A model generated the notes under the pieces. It did no database searches. It had not been told where the DNA came from and saw only the letters and a list, made by a program, of their open reading frames with translations. From positions 3,936,001 through 4,000,000 of the forward strand of contig OZ219926.1 in assembly GCA_964291405.2 (NCBI GenBank): a stretch of DNA of 64,000 bases. Reading direction: 5' to 3'. The DNA is from Thermodesulfobacteriota bacterium. Lineage in GTDB: Bacteria > Desulfobacterota > Binatia > Bin18. Shown piece after piece: positions 20,541 through 29,889 of this stretch. Numbering within the stretch: the stretch's first letter is position 1; the number at the start of each line of letters is the position of its first letter. The translations under genes were made by a program, and so were the position numbers.

Positions 20541-20680
20541 GCTGCCTCCTTTCCCCTGCCGTCTTCCTCTTTCTTCGCGGCCATGTCAAGGCTCGAACCC
20601 CGTTCGCTTGCAGGGCGTCTCAGCCAGTGTCACAATTGAGCCCGGCGGGATTCTATCGAGCAGTCATAAGGAGGGTCGGC

Positions 20681-21673
20681 ATGCAGAAAATCCAACGCGG
20701 CGAGGTAACCAAATATGCCTTCGATAACCGGGACGAGCCCGTCCTGCGGGTCCAGACCGGTGAAGTCTTTCAGGTGGAGACCGAGGATGCGCTCACAGGC
20801 CTCATCGAGGACGACAGCGATAACCCGGTTGTCCATCAGTTTGTGGATGACCCCCATGTTGCCGCGCTCGCGGTCGCCTACCCACCCAAATACAATCCCG
20901 TGGTTGGCCCGGTTTATATAGAAGGCTGCGAGGCAGGCGATGTGCTAGCCGTGCATATCGACTTTATCGATCCCTGGCGCTACGGCTTTTCGGGCATTCT
21001 GCCCGGCATCGGCCCGTACGGAAATTCGACCCTGTTCGACGGCCAATGCGCTCAGGCCCGGGTGCAGGTGATTGAGCATCTGCCCGGACCGAGTGGCCAT
21101 ACCCGCGACGGCAAGGGCGTCTACTCCGATAAGCTGACCTGGGACCTCCAACCCTTTTGCGGCACGCTGGCCACCGCACCGGAGCGGGAAGTCTTCACGT
21201 CTCTCCTCGGACAGGGCCCCTTTGGCGGCAATATCGATTGCCGCGATATTTGCGCCGGGCATACGATCTATCTGAACTCCTATAATCCGGGTGGCCTGCT
21301 GTATATCGGAGATATTCACGGCGGCCAGGGAGACACCGAGTTTACCGGTATTGCCGACGAGACCCGTGCCACCGTGCAGTTGAGCTGTACGGTGGTGAAA
21401 AACAAGCGTCTGCCCTGCGTGCGGATTGAAAAACCCGACAGTATTGTGGCGGTGGGCATTAACCGGCCTATGGAGCATGCCGTGTATGATGCGGCCCAGA
21501 ATATGCTCGAATGGCTGCGCGAAGACTATGACATCAAGCCACAGGACATGTATATCCGCATGTCGTGCGATCCCGCTTTCCGGGTGCGGACCTATCAGAT
21601 GGTCCGGGCGCTCACCATCGAACACGTTGTCGGGGCAGAATATCCCAAGGAACGGCTGAGCGCGGCCTTTTAA
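20681..21673 (+). CDS. Acetamidase/formamidase family protein
   Basis: ETEDA, NPVVGPVYIEG, GGNIDC, GDIHGGQGDTE; AAGGAGG RBS before ATG at 20681. Confidence 0.9.
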   Translation: MQKIQRGEVTKYAFDNRDEPVLRVQTGEVFQVETEDALTGLIEDDSDNPVVHQFVDDPHVAALAVAYPPKYNPVVGPVYIEGCEAGDVLAVHIDFIDPWRYGFSGILPGIGPYGNSTLFDGQCAQARVQVIEHLPGPSGHTRDGKGVYSDKLTWDLQPFCGTLATAPEREVFTSLLGQGPFGGNIDCRDICAGHTIYLNSYNPGGLLYIGDIHGGQGDTEFTGIADETRATVQLSCTVVKNKRLPCVRIEKPDSIVAVGINRPMEHAVYDAAQNMLEWLREDYDIKPQDMYIRMSCDPAFRVRTYQMVRALTIEHVVGAEYPKERLSAAF

Positions 21674-21689
21674 CGACAGGAGCAAACCC

Positions 21690-23225
21690 ATGACTAACTT
21701 ACTCGTACACGGCAAATACCTCCTCAACCCGGCCCAGCCGGGAGAAAAAACGGCGGTGGTGCAGGACGCGGCCGTGGCCGTGACCGGGACCAGCATTGCG
21801 GCGGTGGGGAGTTATGGCGCGCTCAAAAAACAATACCCCGACTACCGGGAGGTCGGTTCACACGAACATCTCGTGATGCCCGGCCTGATAGACGTGCATC
21901 ACCACGGTTGGGGGCTCAGCGCGATCCAGCAGGGCGCGCTGGACGATACCCTGGAGCCGTGGATCTACGACTTGCTGATGCTCAAATCCCCGACCAACGT
22001 CTATCTGGATACGCTCTACGGCAATATGAAGCTGCTTGAGTCCGGGGTGACGACGGTCCTGCACAGTCATTTCTGCCGCACGGGGAACTACGAGGACGAG
22101 GTCAACGCGACGCTCAAAGCCTATGAGACCTCGGGGCAGCGGGTTGCCCTGGCGCTTGAGGTGATGAACCAGCACCCGTTTGCCTATGACGACGACTGGT
22201 TTCTGCAACACCTGAGCGCACCGCTCCGCACACGGGTCGAAGCCGCACTGAAGGCCCGTCCGCCCATAGACCGCGATACCTATCTGAACCTTGTCGAGAA
22301 GTATTATACCGAACACAATCAAGAGGGCGCGGCCAAGGTAAAAATTCTCTACGGGCCGATTAACGCCGTCTGGACAACACCGGATATTCTCGAAGCGATC
22401 GGGGAGCGGGTCCAACAGGGGAGGGGACTCCACCTGCACGTCGTCGAAACGCCGTATCAGGCCGAATACTTCTTTAAGCACTACGGCAAGAGCAACATGG
22501 CCTGGCTGCACGATATGCGTCTGCTCGGTCCCCGCACCTCTTTTGCTCATGCTGTCTGGACAACGCGGGACGACCTGGCGCTCCTGGCCGAGACCAGGGT
22601 GACGGTGTGCCACAACGCCAGCTCGAATCTGCGTCTCCGGAGCGGTATCGCCCCGGTGGCTTTTATGCACGAGCGTGGCGTCAATATCGGAGTCGGGACG
22701 GATGGCGGAACGCTGAACGATGATGACGATATGGTCCAGGAACTACGTCTGGTCTCCAAGCTGCACCGCCTGCCACGTCCGTCCTCGCCCTGGGTCAGCC
22801 CACACGACGTCATTCGCATGGCCACGCTGAACGGGGCGCGGGCAACCCTGCGGGCAGACGCCATTGGCAAGCTCGAGCCGGGCCGGGCCGCGGACATCAT
22901 TCTGGTCAATCTGCAAACCATGACCCAGCCGTATCTTGCGCCTGACATCCATATGGCTGATGCCTTTGTCTATCGGGCCAAGGGGACGGATGTGGAGACC
23001 GTCATTATTGATGGTGAGCTGGTTATGGAAAACCGCACGCACCTTCGTTTCAACAAGGACGACCTGCTCGCTCAGCTCCGCGAGGCCGCGGCTCAGCCGC
23101 CAACCGCCCAGGACCTTCAGCGGGCCGACCTCTTCCGGCAATGCCGTCCGGTGTGTGTCGAGTTCTTGAATCAGTATCTGGACCGGGAGATGGCCCCGCA
23201 GTATGTGCTTAATCGGACGGCGTGA
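21690..23225 (+). CDS. Metal-dependent amidohydrolase/deaminase (AtzA/MTA-SAH deaminase-like)
   Basis: PGLIDVHHH, HLHVVE, AHAVW, HNASSNLRL, GTDG. Confidence 0.9.
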   Translation: MTNLLVHGKYLLNPAQPGEKTAVVQDAAVAVTGTSIAAVGSYGALKKQYPDYREVGSHEHLVMPGLIDVHHHGWGLSAIQQGALDDTLEPWIYDLLMLKSPTNVYLDTLYGNMKLLESGVTTVLHSHFCRTGNYEDEVNATLKAYETSGQRVALALEVMNQHPFAYDDDWFLQHLSAPLRTRVEAALKARPPIDRDTYLNLVEKYYTEHNQEGAAKVKILYGPINAVWTTPDILEAIGERVQQGRGLHLHVVETPYQAEYFFKHYGKSNMAWLHDMRLLGPRTSFAHAVWTTRDDLALLAETRVTVCHNASSNLRLRSGIAPVAFMHERGVNIGVGTDGGTLNDDDDMVQELRLVSKLHRLPRPSSPWVSPHDVIRMATLNGARATLRADAIGKLEPGRAADIILVNLQTMTQPYLAPDIHMADAFVYRAKGTDVETVIIDGELVMENRTHLRFNKDDLLAQLREAAAQPPTAQDLQRADLFRQCRPVCVEFLNQYLDREMAPQYVLNRTA

Positions 23226-24664
23226 GCAGGGGTGATGTGGAGACCCCTATCGCACGCCGCGACTTTCACAAGCTGATGCTGAGGGCTGGGGCGGTCGTGT
23301 TGCCTGGTTGTCGATCCCAAATATACTCTGCGGTTCCTCCCGGCGGCAGAGTCCTGATTGTTGGGGCCGGCATGAGCGGGCTGGCTGCGGCCCGAGAGCT
23401 CCAGCGCGCCGGTTATGCGGTCACCATTCTGGAAGCCCGAGACCGTATCGGCGGCCGGGTCTGGACTGACCGCCGCTTTGAAACCCCCATTGATCTCGGG
23501 GCGTCCTGGCTGCACGGCGGGCGGGGCAATCCGCTCAAGGCCGTTGCCGCGAACCTGGGTCTCAGGACGCGGGTGAGCGAGTATGGCAATCTGGCGGCCT
23601 ATGAACTAGGCACGGCCGGCCGGTCGGCCGTGCCCCGCGCCGCGTTTGAGTCCGAATATGCGAAATTGGAGGCGGCGATATATAGACAGAGCGGCTGGAC
23701 CTATGTCTCGACCCTGGCTCGCCGCTGGCTAGGACGCCCCGGCACCAGGGTTTCGGTTGCCGATGTCTTGGACGCGCTCCCTGCTCCGTTGACCGAGGCC
23801 GGTCGTCTGGCGCGCTGCCGGATCGAGAGGGGGATAGAAAACCTCTACGCCGCGTCTCCGCACGATCTCGGTTTTGCCGGTCTACTGTACGAATCGATAA
23901 CCGGCCCAACAGGGGAAAGGTTGGCTTCGGAGGAGCAATTCGTACTCGACGGGATGGACAGGCTGGTCCGACACCTTGCCGAAGGTCTCCCGGTCCGGTT
24001 CGGTCAGACTGTCAAGCGAATTGCATACGGAGCAGACGGCGTCCGGGTTGAGACAGAGCGGGAAACGTTTACCGCAGACGGAGTGATTGTCACCGTTCCC
24101 ATCGGGGTGCTGCAATCGGACCGGATCGTCTTTGAGCCGGCATTACCCCCCTCACATCGGATCGCCTTGTCCCGCATCGGTATGGGACTCTTCAATAAGA
24201 TTATCCTGCGCTTTCCACGCGTGTTTTGGCCCGAGGAGCCGGATTTTGTTTTTGTGTGTGGCCGCAGCCTGTGCTCTTTCTACGTCAATTTTGCCGCTTA
24301 TGCTGGCATACCTATGCTGGTCGGTCTCAGCGGCGGGACTGCCGCCGACGAGATTGAGGAGCTGTCAGACCAGGCCATTGTGATGCGGCTGCGGAAAGAC
24401 TTCTCCAGCGTGATGGGGACGACCATTCCCGAACCAACCGATGTGATGATCCAGCGCTGGCGCTCGGACCCGTTTGCGCGCGGGTCGTATGCCTATCTCC
24501 GTGTCGGGGCGAACGGCGGGGAACCGGAGGTTCTTTCAAGGCCGATTGCGGGTCGGCTGTTTTTCGCTGGGGAAGCCCTGCATCTCCATGACCCTGGGAC
24601 GGTTCACGGAGCGTACTGGACGGGCCAGCGCGCGGCCCGGCAGGTCCGGGCTCAGCGTGCTTGA
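23222..24664 (+). CDS. Flavin monoamine oxidase family protein, probable Tat-exported lipoprotein
   Basis: RRDF twin-arginine motif and LPGC lipobox; GAGMSGL, EARDRIGGR, GSY, FAGEA, TVHGA. Confidence 0.88.
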   Translation: MSRGDVETPIARRDFHKLMLRAGAVVLPGCRSQIYSAVPPGGRVLIVGAGMSGLAAARELQRAGYAVTILEARDRIGGRVWTDRRFETPIDLGASWLHGGRGNPLKAVAANLGLRTRVSEYGNLAAYELGTAGRSAVPRAAFESEYAKLEAAIYRQSGWTYVSTLARRWLGRPGTRVSVADVLDALPAPLTEAGRLARCRIERGIENLYAASPHDLGFAGLLYESITGPTGERLASEEQFVLDGMDRLVRHLAEGLPVRFGQTVKRIAYGADGVRVETERETFTADGVIVTVPIGVLQSDRIVFEPALPPSHRIALSRIGMGLFNKIILRFPRVFWPEEPDFVFVCGRSLCSFYVNFAAYAGIPMLVGLSGGTAADEIEELSDQAIVMRLRKDFSSVMGTTIPEPTDVMIQRWRSDPFARGSYAYLRVGANGGEPEVLSRPIAGRLFFAGEALHLHDPGTVHGAYWTGQRAARQVRAQRA

Positions 24665-24667
24665 ATG

Positions 24668-24937
24668 TCACGCAGCCTGTCTTCTCCGTAACGCTTGAGA
24701 GAGGTCCCAGGTTGCCTGGAGATTCATCCAAAGCTTAGCGGACGTGCCCAAGGCTGCTGACAAGTCGAGGGCTGCGTCTGCGGTGATACCGCGCTTTCCC
24801 TTAATCAGTTCGTTGAGGCGAGTTCTCGTCCAACCTATTTGTCCCGCGAAGGTCGCCTGAGAGATGCCCGCTGGTTCAAGAAATTCCTCAAGGAGTATTT
24901 GTCCGGGATGAAAAGGATTTTTGGGGATTTCTCGCAC
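24668..24937 (-). CDS. higA: HigA-family addiction-module antitoxin (orphan)
   Basis: HPGQILLEEFL, GKRGITADAAL, WMNLQ signature. Confidence 0.9.
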   Translation of the reverse strand: MREIPKNPFHPGQILLEEFLEPAGISQATFAGQIGWTRTRLNELIKGKRGITADAALDLSAALGTSAKLWMNLQATWDLSQALRRRQAA

Positions 24938-24953
24938 GCTGGATGCTCTCGAA

Positions 24954-24970
24954 GCGGAGGGCGCCTCCGC
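24954..24970. terminator. GC hairpin after the cyclodeaminase stop codon, possible terminator
   Basis: GCGGAGG-GCG-CCTCCGC, with only a short U-tract. Confidence 0.4.
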
Positions 24971-25960
24971 CTAAAACGTCTTCAACTCCAAAAACTCGCC
25001 CACGTCCTGACCAAGCCCCTGGCGGACGGCCTCTTTGTAGACGGCGAAGCCGGCGGCGACATCCTGGATGGCGGTGCCCACGGATTTGAACAGGGTGATC
25101 TCGTCCGGTCCCGTGCGGCCTAGGGCGCGACCGGCGACTACTTCTTTGAGTTCCGTCACCTTGGCGCGGTCATACGCCCCGGCTGCCATTGCCGCTTTGA
25201 GGTCGCCCGACTCGCCTTCCATCTGCACCCGCGAATCGACCACAATGCGTTCCGCGCGCTGGAAGGTTTCCGCGTCAATCTCGCGCAATTGCAAGCCGGT
25301 TGAGCCAATCGAATTGACGTGGCTACCGGTTTCCATCCACCTGCCACGGTAGGCGATCAGATCACCGACACCGGTGGTGTTGGTCGCCACCACCACAATA
25401 TCAACACCGCTGACCGCTTCCTCCGGGGTCGTGACCGCGCTGAGGTTGATACATAGTTGCTCGCTCATCCGTGTGGCAAAGCGCTCACGATTCGCCTGAG
25501 TGGGGCTAAAGACTTTGCCGGCCTCAATTGGTCGGACGGCGCACGCGGCCTGCAAGTTTGTCGTCGCTTCCAGGCCCGAGCCGATCACACCCACAGTCCT
25601 GGCTTTGGGTGGGGCCATATACCTGGTGGCCACGCCGGTCGTCGCGCCGGTGCGCGTCGCGGTCAGATAGGCGGCGTCCATGAGCGATAAGAGGCGTCCG
25701 TCTTTTTCGTCATAGACCGCAATGAGATAGCGCACGCCGTGCTGGACCGAGCCGTGAAACACCTTGTAGCCCATCAGACCGCTGTCCCGCATCACCGTCG
25801 GCATGACACGAAAAAAGCCCGAGGTCGTTGCCAGGTTGAGACGTGGGGGAAGTTCAACCGCACCCCTGGCCTCTTCGCGCAAGCCCTGCTCGATACGGTC
25901 GATCTGGGTCTTGATGTCCGTGGCTTGTTCTACGTCGCTGTTTGTCAGGAGTAAGGTCAC
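24971..25960 (-). CDS. Ornithine cyclodeaminase/mu-crystallin family protein
   Basis: LTATRTGA, IGSG, HVNSIGS, ITLFKSVGTAIQD. Confidence 0.92.
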   Translation of the reverse strand: MTLLLTNSDVEQATDIKTQIDRIEQGLREEARGAVELPPRLNLATTSGFFRVMPTVMRDSGLMGYKVFHGSVQHGVRYLIAVYDEKDGRLLSLMDAAYLTATRTGATTGVATRYMAPPKARTVGVIGSGLEATTNLQAACAVRPIEAGKVFSPTQANRERFATRMSEQLCINLSAVTTPEEAVSGVDIVVVATNTTGVGDLIAYRGRWMETGSHVNSIGSTGLQLREIDAETFQRAERIVVDSRVQMEGESGDLKAAMAAGAYDRAKVTELKEVVAGRALGRTGPDEITLFKSVGTAIQDVAAGFAVYKEAVRQGLGQDVGEFLELKTF

Positions 25961-25969
25961 GCGGTCTCC

Positions 25970-26989
25970 CTAGGCCGGGTTGCGCCCGATAAAGAACTCC
26001 TTGTCGTCCTCGACCGGAACCTCGAGTCCGGAGGCGATCAGCCCCTGGCGCAAGGGCTTCATCTGTCGGTCGTTCAGACGCATGGTCGGCGTACGGAGCG
26101 GGCCGCCGTTAAAGCCGCTCAGCCAGCCCTGGTATTTCCAAATCATGCGGTGCAGGAAGTTCGAGCCCGCCAGCATGGCCATGGCCTGCATACTCGCCTG
26201 ACGCGCCGGGTGAATCTGCCAGTATAATTCCATGGCGGCCTCGAACTGCCCGTCCTGGATCAGACCGAAAATCCTGGGGATCATCGGTCCCCAGTACTCA
26301 TAATTGCTCGTCCCCATAAACTGCATGGGCACCAGGCCGGCCATGGGCAGGCCGTTGCCTTCGATCGGTTCGGTGACAACGACCCGTTCGCCAAAACGTT
26401 TATACACGTCCACAAAGCCGCCGATGGACGGCATGCCGCCTTCCGCCTTGATCGCGGCGATATTCGGCACCTCGTCGAGCAGGCGCTGGATCAGCTCCGG
26501 CCCAAAGCCCGCGGCCGGATGGATGCGTTCAAACCCCCACAGCGGAACGGGGAAGAGCATCACCGCCAGATTGGTGTTGTCACAAAATGTTTTGGTGTAG
26601 CGATAGATATCGTCGGCGCTGTCCGGGTAAAAGGTGGGCGGGTAGGAGAGCAAGACGAGGTCAGCGCCCGCCCGTTCGGTGGCTTGGACGGCCTCGATAT
26701 TTTCTTCCAGATTATTGAAGCTGGCGTGGTGGATAAGATGGAGCTGCCTCCCGGCTTCATCTGCCGCCCACTGTGCGAATTGGACGTACTCGTCAAACGT
26801 GGTCGCGGTCTCGGCCACGAGTAAGGTGCCCCAAAACCCGTATTCGATTTCCTTACGCACGTCGTGGCGAATGGCTTTCTCGTTCAGGCCGCGTAGATCC
26901 TGGGTAAAGGTGGGGGTGATGGTATTGGCCACCCCTTTCATGGTTGCCTTGGCCCACTCGCGTGCTTCGTGTTTTCGATAGTCTGCCAT
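25970..26989 (-). CDS. DHDPS/NAL-family class I aldolase (putative hydratase-aldolase)
   Basis: PTFT-D, GADLVLLSYP, Schiff-base Lys in NIAAIKAE; lies in an aromatic catabolic operon. Confidence 0.8.
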   Translation of the reverse strand: MADYRKHEAREWAKATMKGVANTITPTFTQDLRGLNEKAIRHDVRKEIEYGFWGTLLVAETATTFDEYVQFAQWAADEAGRQLHLIHHASFNNLEENIEAVQATERAGADLVLLSYPPTFYPDSADDIYRYTKTFCDNTNLAVMLFPVPLWGFERIHPAAGFGPELIQRLLDEVPNIAAIKAEGGMPSIGGFVDVYKRFGERVVVTEPIEGNGLPMAGLVPMQFMGTSNYEYWGPMIPRIFGLIQDGQFEAAMELYWQIHPARQASMQAMAMLAGSNFLHRMIWKYQGWLSGFNGGPLRTPTMRLNDRQMKPLRQGLIASGLEVPVEDDKEFFIGRNPA

Positions 26990-27000
26990 GCCGTCGCTCC

Positions 27001-28512
27001 TTATCCCTTGAGAGAGTTGAGAAAATTCCGCACCAGGGCCTCACATTCGCCGCGTTTATGCGTGCCGTAATACAGAATCCGATTGTTAATAGGGTCACCG
27101 GCAAAAAACCACTCGTACAATAATTGCCGGCCGCCAAACTGGGTGCTGATGGCATCCCAGGCCAGCTTCATGATACGCACCCGCTCCTCGGCCGGGGTGT
27201 CACGGCCACGCAGATAACGCGGCAGGAGCTCTTGCAGGGCAGGGTTGGCGAAATCCTGCTCGGTCGGGGTCATGACCAGGCCGCTGCTGCCCGCAAGGCG
27301 GATGACCTCAACCGCCCTTGTGTGGACGAAGGGAAAAAAGATGCGCAGCGTGGTGATGCCCAACATGCCCTTGTCCGGCGCTCCAAAGAGGGTGGCCAGA
27401 CCCGGCACGAAGCTCTTTGCCGTGGCGACCGCTTCCGACGTCGAATCCGTCTCGCCTTCGCCGGCCTGGGCGTTCGTCCAGACTTCGTGCGCCGTGGCCG
27501 TCACCAGGCCGTCAGCCAGCTCGACGAACGAGACGAGTTCACCTATGAGTTCCTGATAGCGCACGATCTCCGAGCGCCCGATGCTGTGGGCGACCAGACA
27601 GGCCAGGCCGGTCATAAAGCGCAGTTTGACCACACCACGAATGACAGCCTGCAAGGCAAAATAGCCCGGCATGCGGGGTGCGATGAGATTGTAGGTTTCC
27701 ACGTCCCGAGCGGCAAAAACTCGTTCCCACGGGACGAGCACATTGTCAAAAACAGCAATGGCGTCGCCTTCGTCGAACCGACTGCTCAATGGTCTGTTAA
27801 AGTCTCCGGCCCCGGCATCATAGGGCTCCCGGCAGATAAACTTGAGCCCTGGGGTCGCCACCGGGATGGAAAAACTGACGGCATACGCTTCTTGTCCCGG
27901 CTTGCGCGGCATATATGGCGCAACCCAGATATCGTCGCTGATCGGGGCGAGGGTGGACAGCATGCGGGCGCCGTTGACGATCAGGCCGGCATCGGTCTCC
28001 TTGACGATGCGGATGCTTTCCTGGTCCTCGACGCCTTTGGTCTTGTCAATCTGTGGATCGACCAGGGTATGGGTCAGGCAGAGGTCTTTTTCGCGGCACA
28101 ACTCATAATACGCCCAGGCATTGTCTCCAAAGCGTGGCTCGTTGCGTCCCAGCCAGGCAGTGATGGCCGCCATATCGGCGACAAAGGCATTCATATAGTC
28201 GGGCAAGCGACCCATCATGCCGCAGGTCAACTCGCACCGGGTCGTCTCACCAAAGCGCCGTTTTTCAATGTCCGCCCAGCTTTCGGCCAATACAAACGAG
28301 GTGCTGACCGGCTCATTCGAGGTTGGAGAGGGATAGGTCAAAATGTCTTTATAGGTTTCTTCATGTTGGCGGTCGTATAGTTTGGCCATCTCCCGGATGA
28401 CACCCTGAAAGGCGGGGTAGGTGGTCACGTCACGAACAAGCTCTCCGTTGACGTACAACTCGCGGCCGTCTCGGAGTCCGTCAATATATTCCTGGCCGGT
28501 ACGTGCGCCCAT
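27001..28512 (-). CDS. 4-hydroxyphenylacetate 3-monooxygenase (HpaB)-family oxygenase component
   Basis: RTGQEYIDGLRDGR, GMMGRLPDY, PQID, PLSSRFDEGDA, FGGRQLLYE. Confidence 0.9.
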   Translation of the reverse strand: MGARTGQEYIDGLRDGRELYVNGELVRDVTTYPAFQGVIREMAKLYDRQHEETYKDILTYPSPTSNEPVSTSFVLAESWADIEKRRFGETTRCELTCGMMGRLPDYMNAFVADMAAITAWLGRNEPRFGDNAWAYYELCREKDLCLTHTLVDPQIDKTKGVEDQESIRIVKETDAGLIVNGARMLSTLAPISDDIWVAPYMPRKPGQEAYAVSFSIPVATPGLKFICREPYDAGAGDFNRPLSSRFDEGDAIAVFDNVLVPWERVFAARDVETYNLIAPRMPGYFALQAVIRGVVKLRFMTGLACLVAHSIGRSEIVRYQELIGELVSFVELADGLVTATAHEVWTNAQAGEGETDSTSEAVATAKSFVPGLATLFGAPDKGMLGITTLRIFFPFVHTRAVEVIRLAGSSGLVMTPTEQDFANPALQELLPRYLRGRDTPAEERVRIMKLAWDAISTQFGGRQLLYEWFFAGDPINNRILYYGTHKRGECEALVRNFLNSLKG

Positions 28513-28533
28513 GGGTGCTCCTCTCTCGGCGGA

Positions 28534-29343
28534 TTACATCATGAGCATCAGGCCGCCGTCCACATAAATCAATTGACCGGTGATGTAATGCGCCGCTCGA
28601 CTGGTGAGCAGCAGCACTGCCTGGCCAATATCAACCGGCTGAGCCCAGTCCCCGATCGGAATTTTTTCTGCAAACGCTGCGTCTAGCGGTTCTGTTGTAT
28701 CGTGCCCCATTTCTTTGGCCAGATTGCTCCGCACGCGCAAGGAGCCCGGTGTTTTCACCGCTCCCGGCGCAATCGTATTGACCGTGATTTTATGGGGTGC
28801 GTACTCTAGCGCACTCGCCCTGGTAAAGGCGTTCAGGCCGCCTTTGCTGGCGTCGTAATGGGCCATGCCCAGATAGGTCCGGGCGGTGTTGATGGAGGAA
28901 ATGTTAATAATCCGCCCGCCGCACCCGCCGGCTATCATCTGCTCGGCGGCAAAACGGGTGCACAGGAACGGACCGCGCAGGTTCACCTCCAATACTTTAT
29001 CCCACAGCGCGGTTTCCATTTCGGCCAGCCGGGCCATGGGATAGATGGCCGCGTTATTGACCAGAATGTCGACGCGCTGGAACTCGTCCATGACCGCGGT
29101 CACCATATTTTTGACCGAGGTTTCGTCGGACGTATCCGCGCCGATCGCCAGGGCTGTCCGGCCCTGATCGTTGAGGGCTTTGGCCGTGGCGGCCGCGGTT
29201 TCAGCATCGGTATCCGCCAGGGCAATACGGGCTCCGGCAGCGGCCAGGGTCTCCGCGACGCCCCGGCCGATGCCTTTGGCGCCGCCTGTGATGAGGGCCA
29301 CCTGGCCGTCGAGATTGAAGAGTTCAGCGATTGAGGCGTCCAT
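28534..29343 (-). CDS. SDR oxidoreductase (candidate cis-dihydrodiol dehydrogenase)
   Basis: TGGAKGIG, NNA, YDASK; adjacent to the Rieske dioxygenase. Confidence 0.9.
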   Translation of the reverse strand: MDASIAELFNLDGQVALITGGAKGIGRGVAETLAAAGARIALADTDAETAAATAKALNDQGRTALAIGADTSDETSVKNMVTAVMDEFQRVDILVNNAAIYPMARLAEMETALWDKVLEVNLRGPFLCTRFAAEQMIAGGCGGRIINISSINTARTYLGMAHYDASKGGLNAFTRASALEYAPHKITVNTIAPGAVKTPGSLRVRSNLAKEMGHDTTEPLDAAFAEKIPIGDWAQPVDIGQAVLLLTSRAAHYITGQLIYVDGGLMLMM

Positions 29344-29379
29344 AGCGTGTCCTTGCTGGGAGAAGGGTGAGGGTTTGTA

Positions 29380-29889
29380 TCAGAAAAAGACCGTCATGTT
29401 CTCCAGTATATTATGATCGAGCAGGATAAAGCGTTCTTCATTCTTCCAGGTATTATCAATGCGCCGCCACCAGTCCTCCCGGCAGCCAACAAACAGATGC
29501 TCGGTCCCTTCCCAGCGACTGCGGAAGACCTGAAAATTTGAGCCGACTTTCACTCGGTCCGGCCCGTCGGTCTCAAGGATTTGCACATTGGAGACAAAAT
29601 GCCGGATACGGGAGCGCGGCTCCTCGGCATGGGCCGCCCCGGTTCTCAGGCGTTTGACGCGCAGGGTCAGGCTGGTTTTGTCATCATCAAAATGGGCCAG
29701 GAGATGAGGCTGAGACAGGTCTTCCTGTCCCGACTCCAGATTGCCGCGGACCGGAGCCCAATAGCGAAGCCTGTCGGTAAACAGCTCAAGCCATTCTTCG
29801 AGCTTATCGTTGTCCAGCAACCAGGCCTCGTGATAGAGCAACTCTTCGAATGCGTGACGGAGTCGGGTGCGGTCTGCCGCGTTCATCAT
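29380..29889 (-). CDS. Aromatic ring-hydroxylating dioxygenase beta subunit
   Basis: LYHEAWLLD, Y-APVR, AEEPRSR-RHFVSNV; ATGA overlap with the alpha-subunit stop. Confidence 0.93.
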   Translation of the reverse strand: MMNAADRTRLRHAFEELLYHEAWLLDNDKLEEWLELFTDRLRYWAPVRGNLESGQEDLSQPHLLAHFDDDKTSLTLRVKRLRTGAAHAEEPRSRIRHFVSNVQILETDGPDRVKVGSNFQVFRSRWEGTEHLFVGCREDWWRRIDNTWKNEERFILLDHNILENMTVFF

